From NCBI GenBank assembly GCA_965153285.1, contig OZ229114.1: a stretch of 64,000 nt of DNA, one strand, 5' to 3'. The notes beneath the pieces were generated by a model. That model was given only the letters and a program-made list of their open reading frames with translations. It did not search any database and was not told where the DNA came from. The DNA is from Podarcis tiliguerta. Its lineage: Eukaryota. The position numbers and the translations under genes are program-made. Within the stretch, counting starts at the first letter, position 1. Every line of letters begins with the position of its first letter. Shown one piece after another: positions 62,881 through 64,000 of this stretch.

Positions 62881-63872
62881 TCCAGATTGAGATAAAATGG
62901 AAAGATAAAACTGAGTGCCAGCAGCATAAAGATTCTGTGCTCCCAACTCCACATATGATGGCACCCAACTATTTCATATAGATGTTGAATGACATATAAA
63001 ACAGAATGGATCCTTGTGAAGACCCCAAGCTGAAAAGCTATGGAGCCAAGTAACTTTCTCTAGTTGCTCTGAAATAATAGCAACTTTCGGCAAATTGAGG
63101 GACGTAGTTAAATCTTTTTTTCTCTCTTCATTGACATTTTTCCCTTCTCCCTCTCTCTCTTTGTTGTTGTTGTTGTTGTTGTTGCTCATTCAAATTTGTC
63201 CTGTTAGACAAAAAAAGCAAAGGTAGCCTTCTTTCCCTTTCTGTTTCATGATACTGTATTGCTGACTGCACGGCATTATTTGCTGACTGCATGGCATTAT
63301 TTTAATAACCGTATACTCCATCCATAGAGCAAAACAGAGTGGAATTTCAGAGAGAACCTGGAAGAAGGGGTGGGAGTGACTCAACAGAACAGTTAAACAA
63401 ATATGGTAATTTGTAACTGTGTTCTTATTTCTACTTCCCACATGTAGTGGAACTATAACTGCTCTCTGCTTGCTGCTAGACACAGGGCAGAAATGTTAAT
63501 TATTGAAGATGAATATCTTGCAACTTAAGAGTGAAGATTGTGCATATCTTACCTGTAGTTATGCATATTCTATAGCCTTCTAAGTTGAATTGAAACTTGC
63601 TTCTTTTTCTCTGGGAAACTGAAAAGAACAGCCATGCTTGGACTATGTTAGGCAAGGCAAAAGGTATGCGGCAAAGTTCAAATGATCCAGTTAATTAAAA
63701 GTGTCAGTATAGTCAAGTCACAAGAGAAAGAGTCGTTAATAAAATGGAATCATTTATATATATGAAGAGATCACCGTAGGAGGGGAGACATGAGAGTGAA
63801 ATGAAAATATTCCAAGGCTACACTCCAAAGAGTCTATTTAGGTGCACCACAGGGCTTTGTGTTTTTCTCAAT

Positions 63873-63980
63873 CTCCATTGGCTGCCAGTCCATTACTCGG
63901 ACCAAATCAAAGCTTTGGTATTAACCTTAAAGTCCTGAACAGCTTTAGGCCAAGTTACCCAAAGGATTGTTTCCTCTTAG
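63873..63980 (+). mobile_element. Old L2 3' ORF fragment
   Basis: CTCCATTGGCTGCCAGT (LHWLP)...GGTATTAACCTTAAAGTCCTGAACAG, similar to 4130-4230. Confidence 0.6.
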
Positions 63981-64000
63981 ACTTAAGTTTCTGGATCCTA

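Noticed and set aside
63258-63302. Short tandem duplications (here, also ~9123-9160 and ~30375-30400)
   Set aside because: Ordinary local slippage duplications with no functional signal.

Overview
Vertebrate genomic DNA, most likely a lacertid lizard (Sauria-type SINEs, BovB, CR1, L2 and lizard-type MITEs). The + strand carries the 3' half of ANK3 (ankyrin-G): ZU5/ZU5/UPA exons, a ~7.7-kb giant neuronal exon, death-domain exons, C-terminal and muscle-type (obscurin/titin-binding-like) exons, the stop exon and a spliced 3'UTR ending near 44245. About 11 kb downstream, also on +, are the CpG-island promoter, exon 1 and start of intron 1 of CCDC6. The core exons were placed by hand with AG/GT boundaries and matching phases; gene and family assignments rest on recalled sequences, not on a search. 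There is a 140-N assembly gap at 12899-13038. I see no new multi-gene system. The best leads are ANK3 isoform elements I cannot match to the canonical protein: an internal alternative first exon (1742-1806), a second in-phase donor inside the giant exon (25789), an in-frame SPR-repeat exon after the death domain (32186-32304) and a stop-containing cassette exon (41514-41548). A Rex1/Babar-L2 composite retroelement (3290-4690) is also worth checking.
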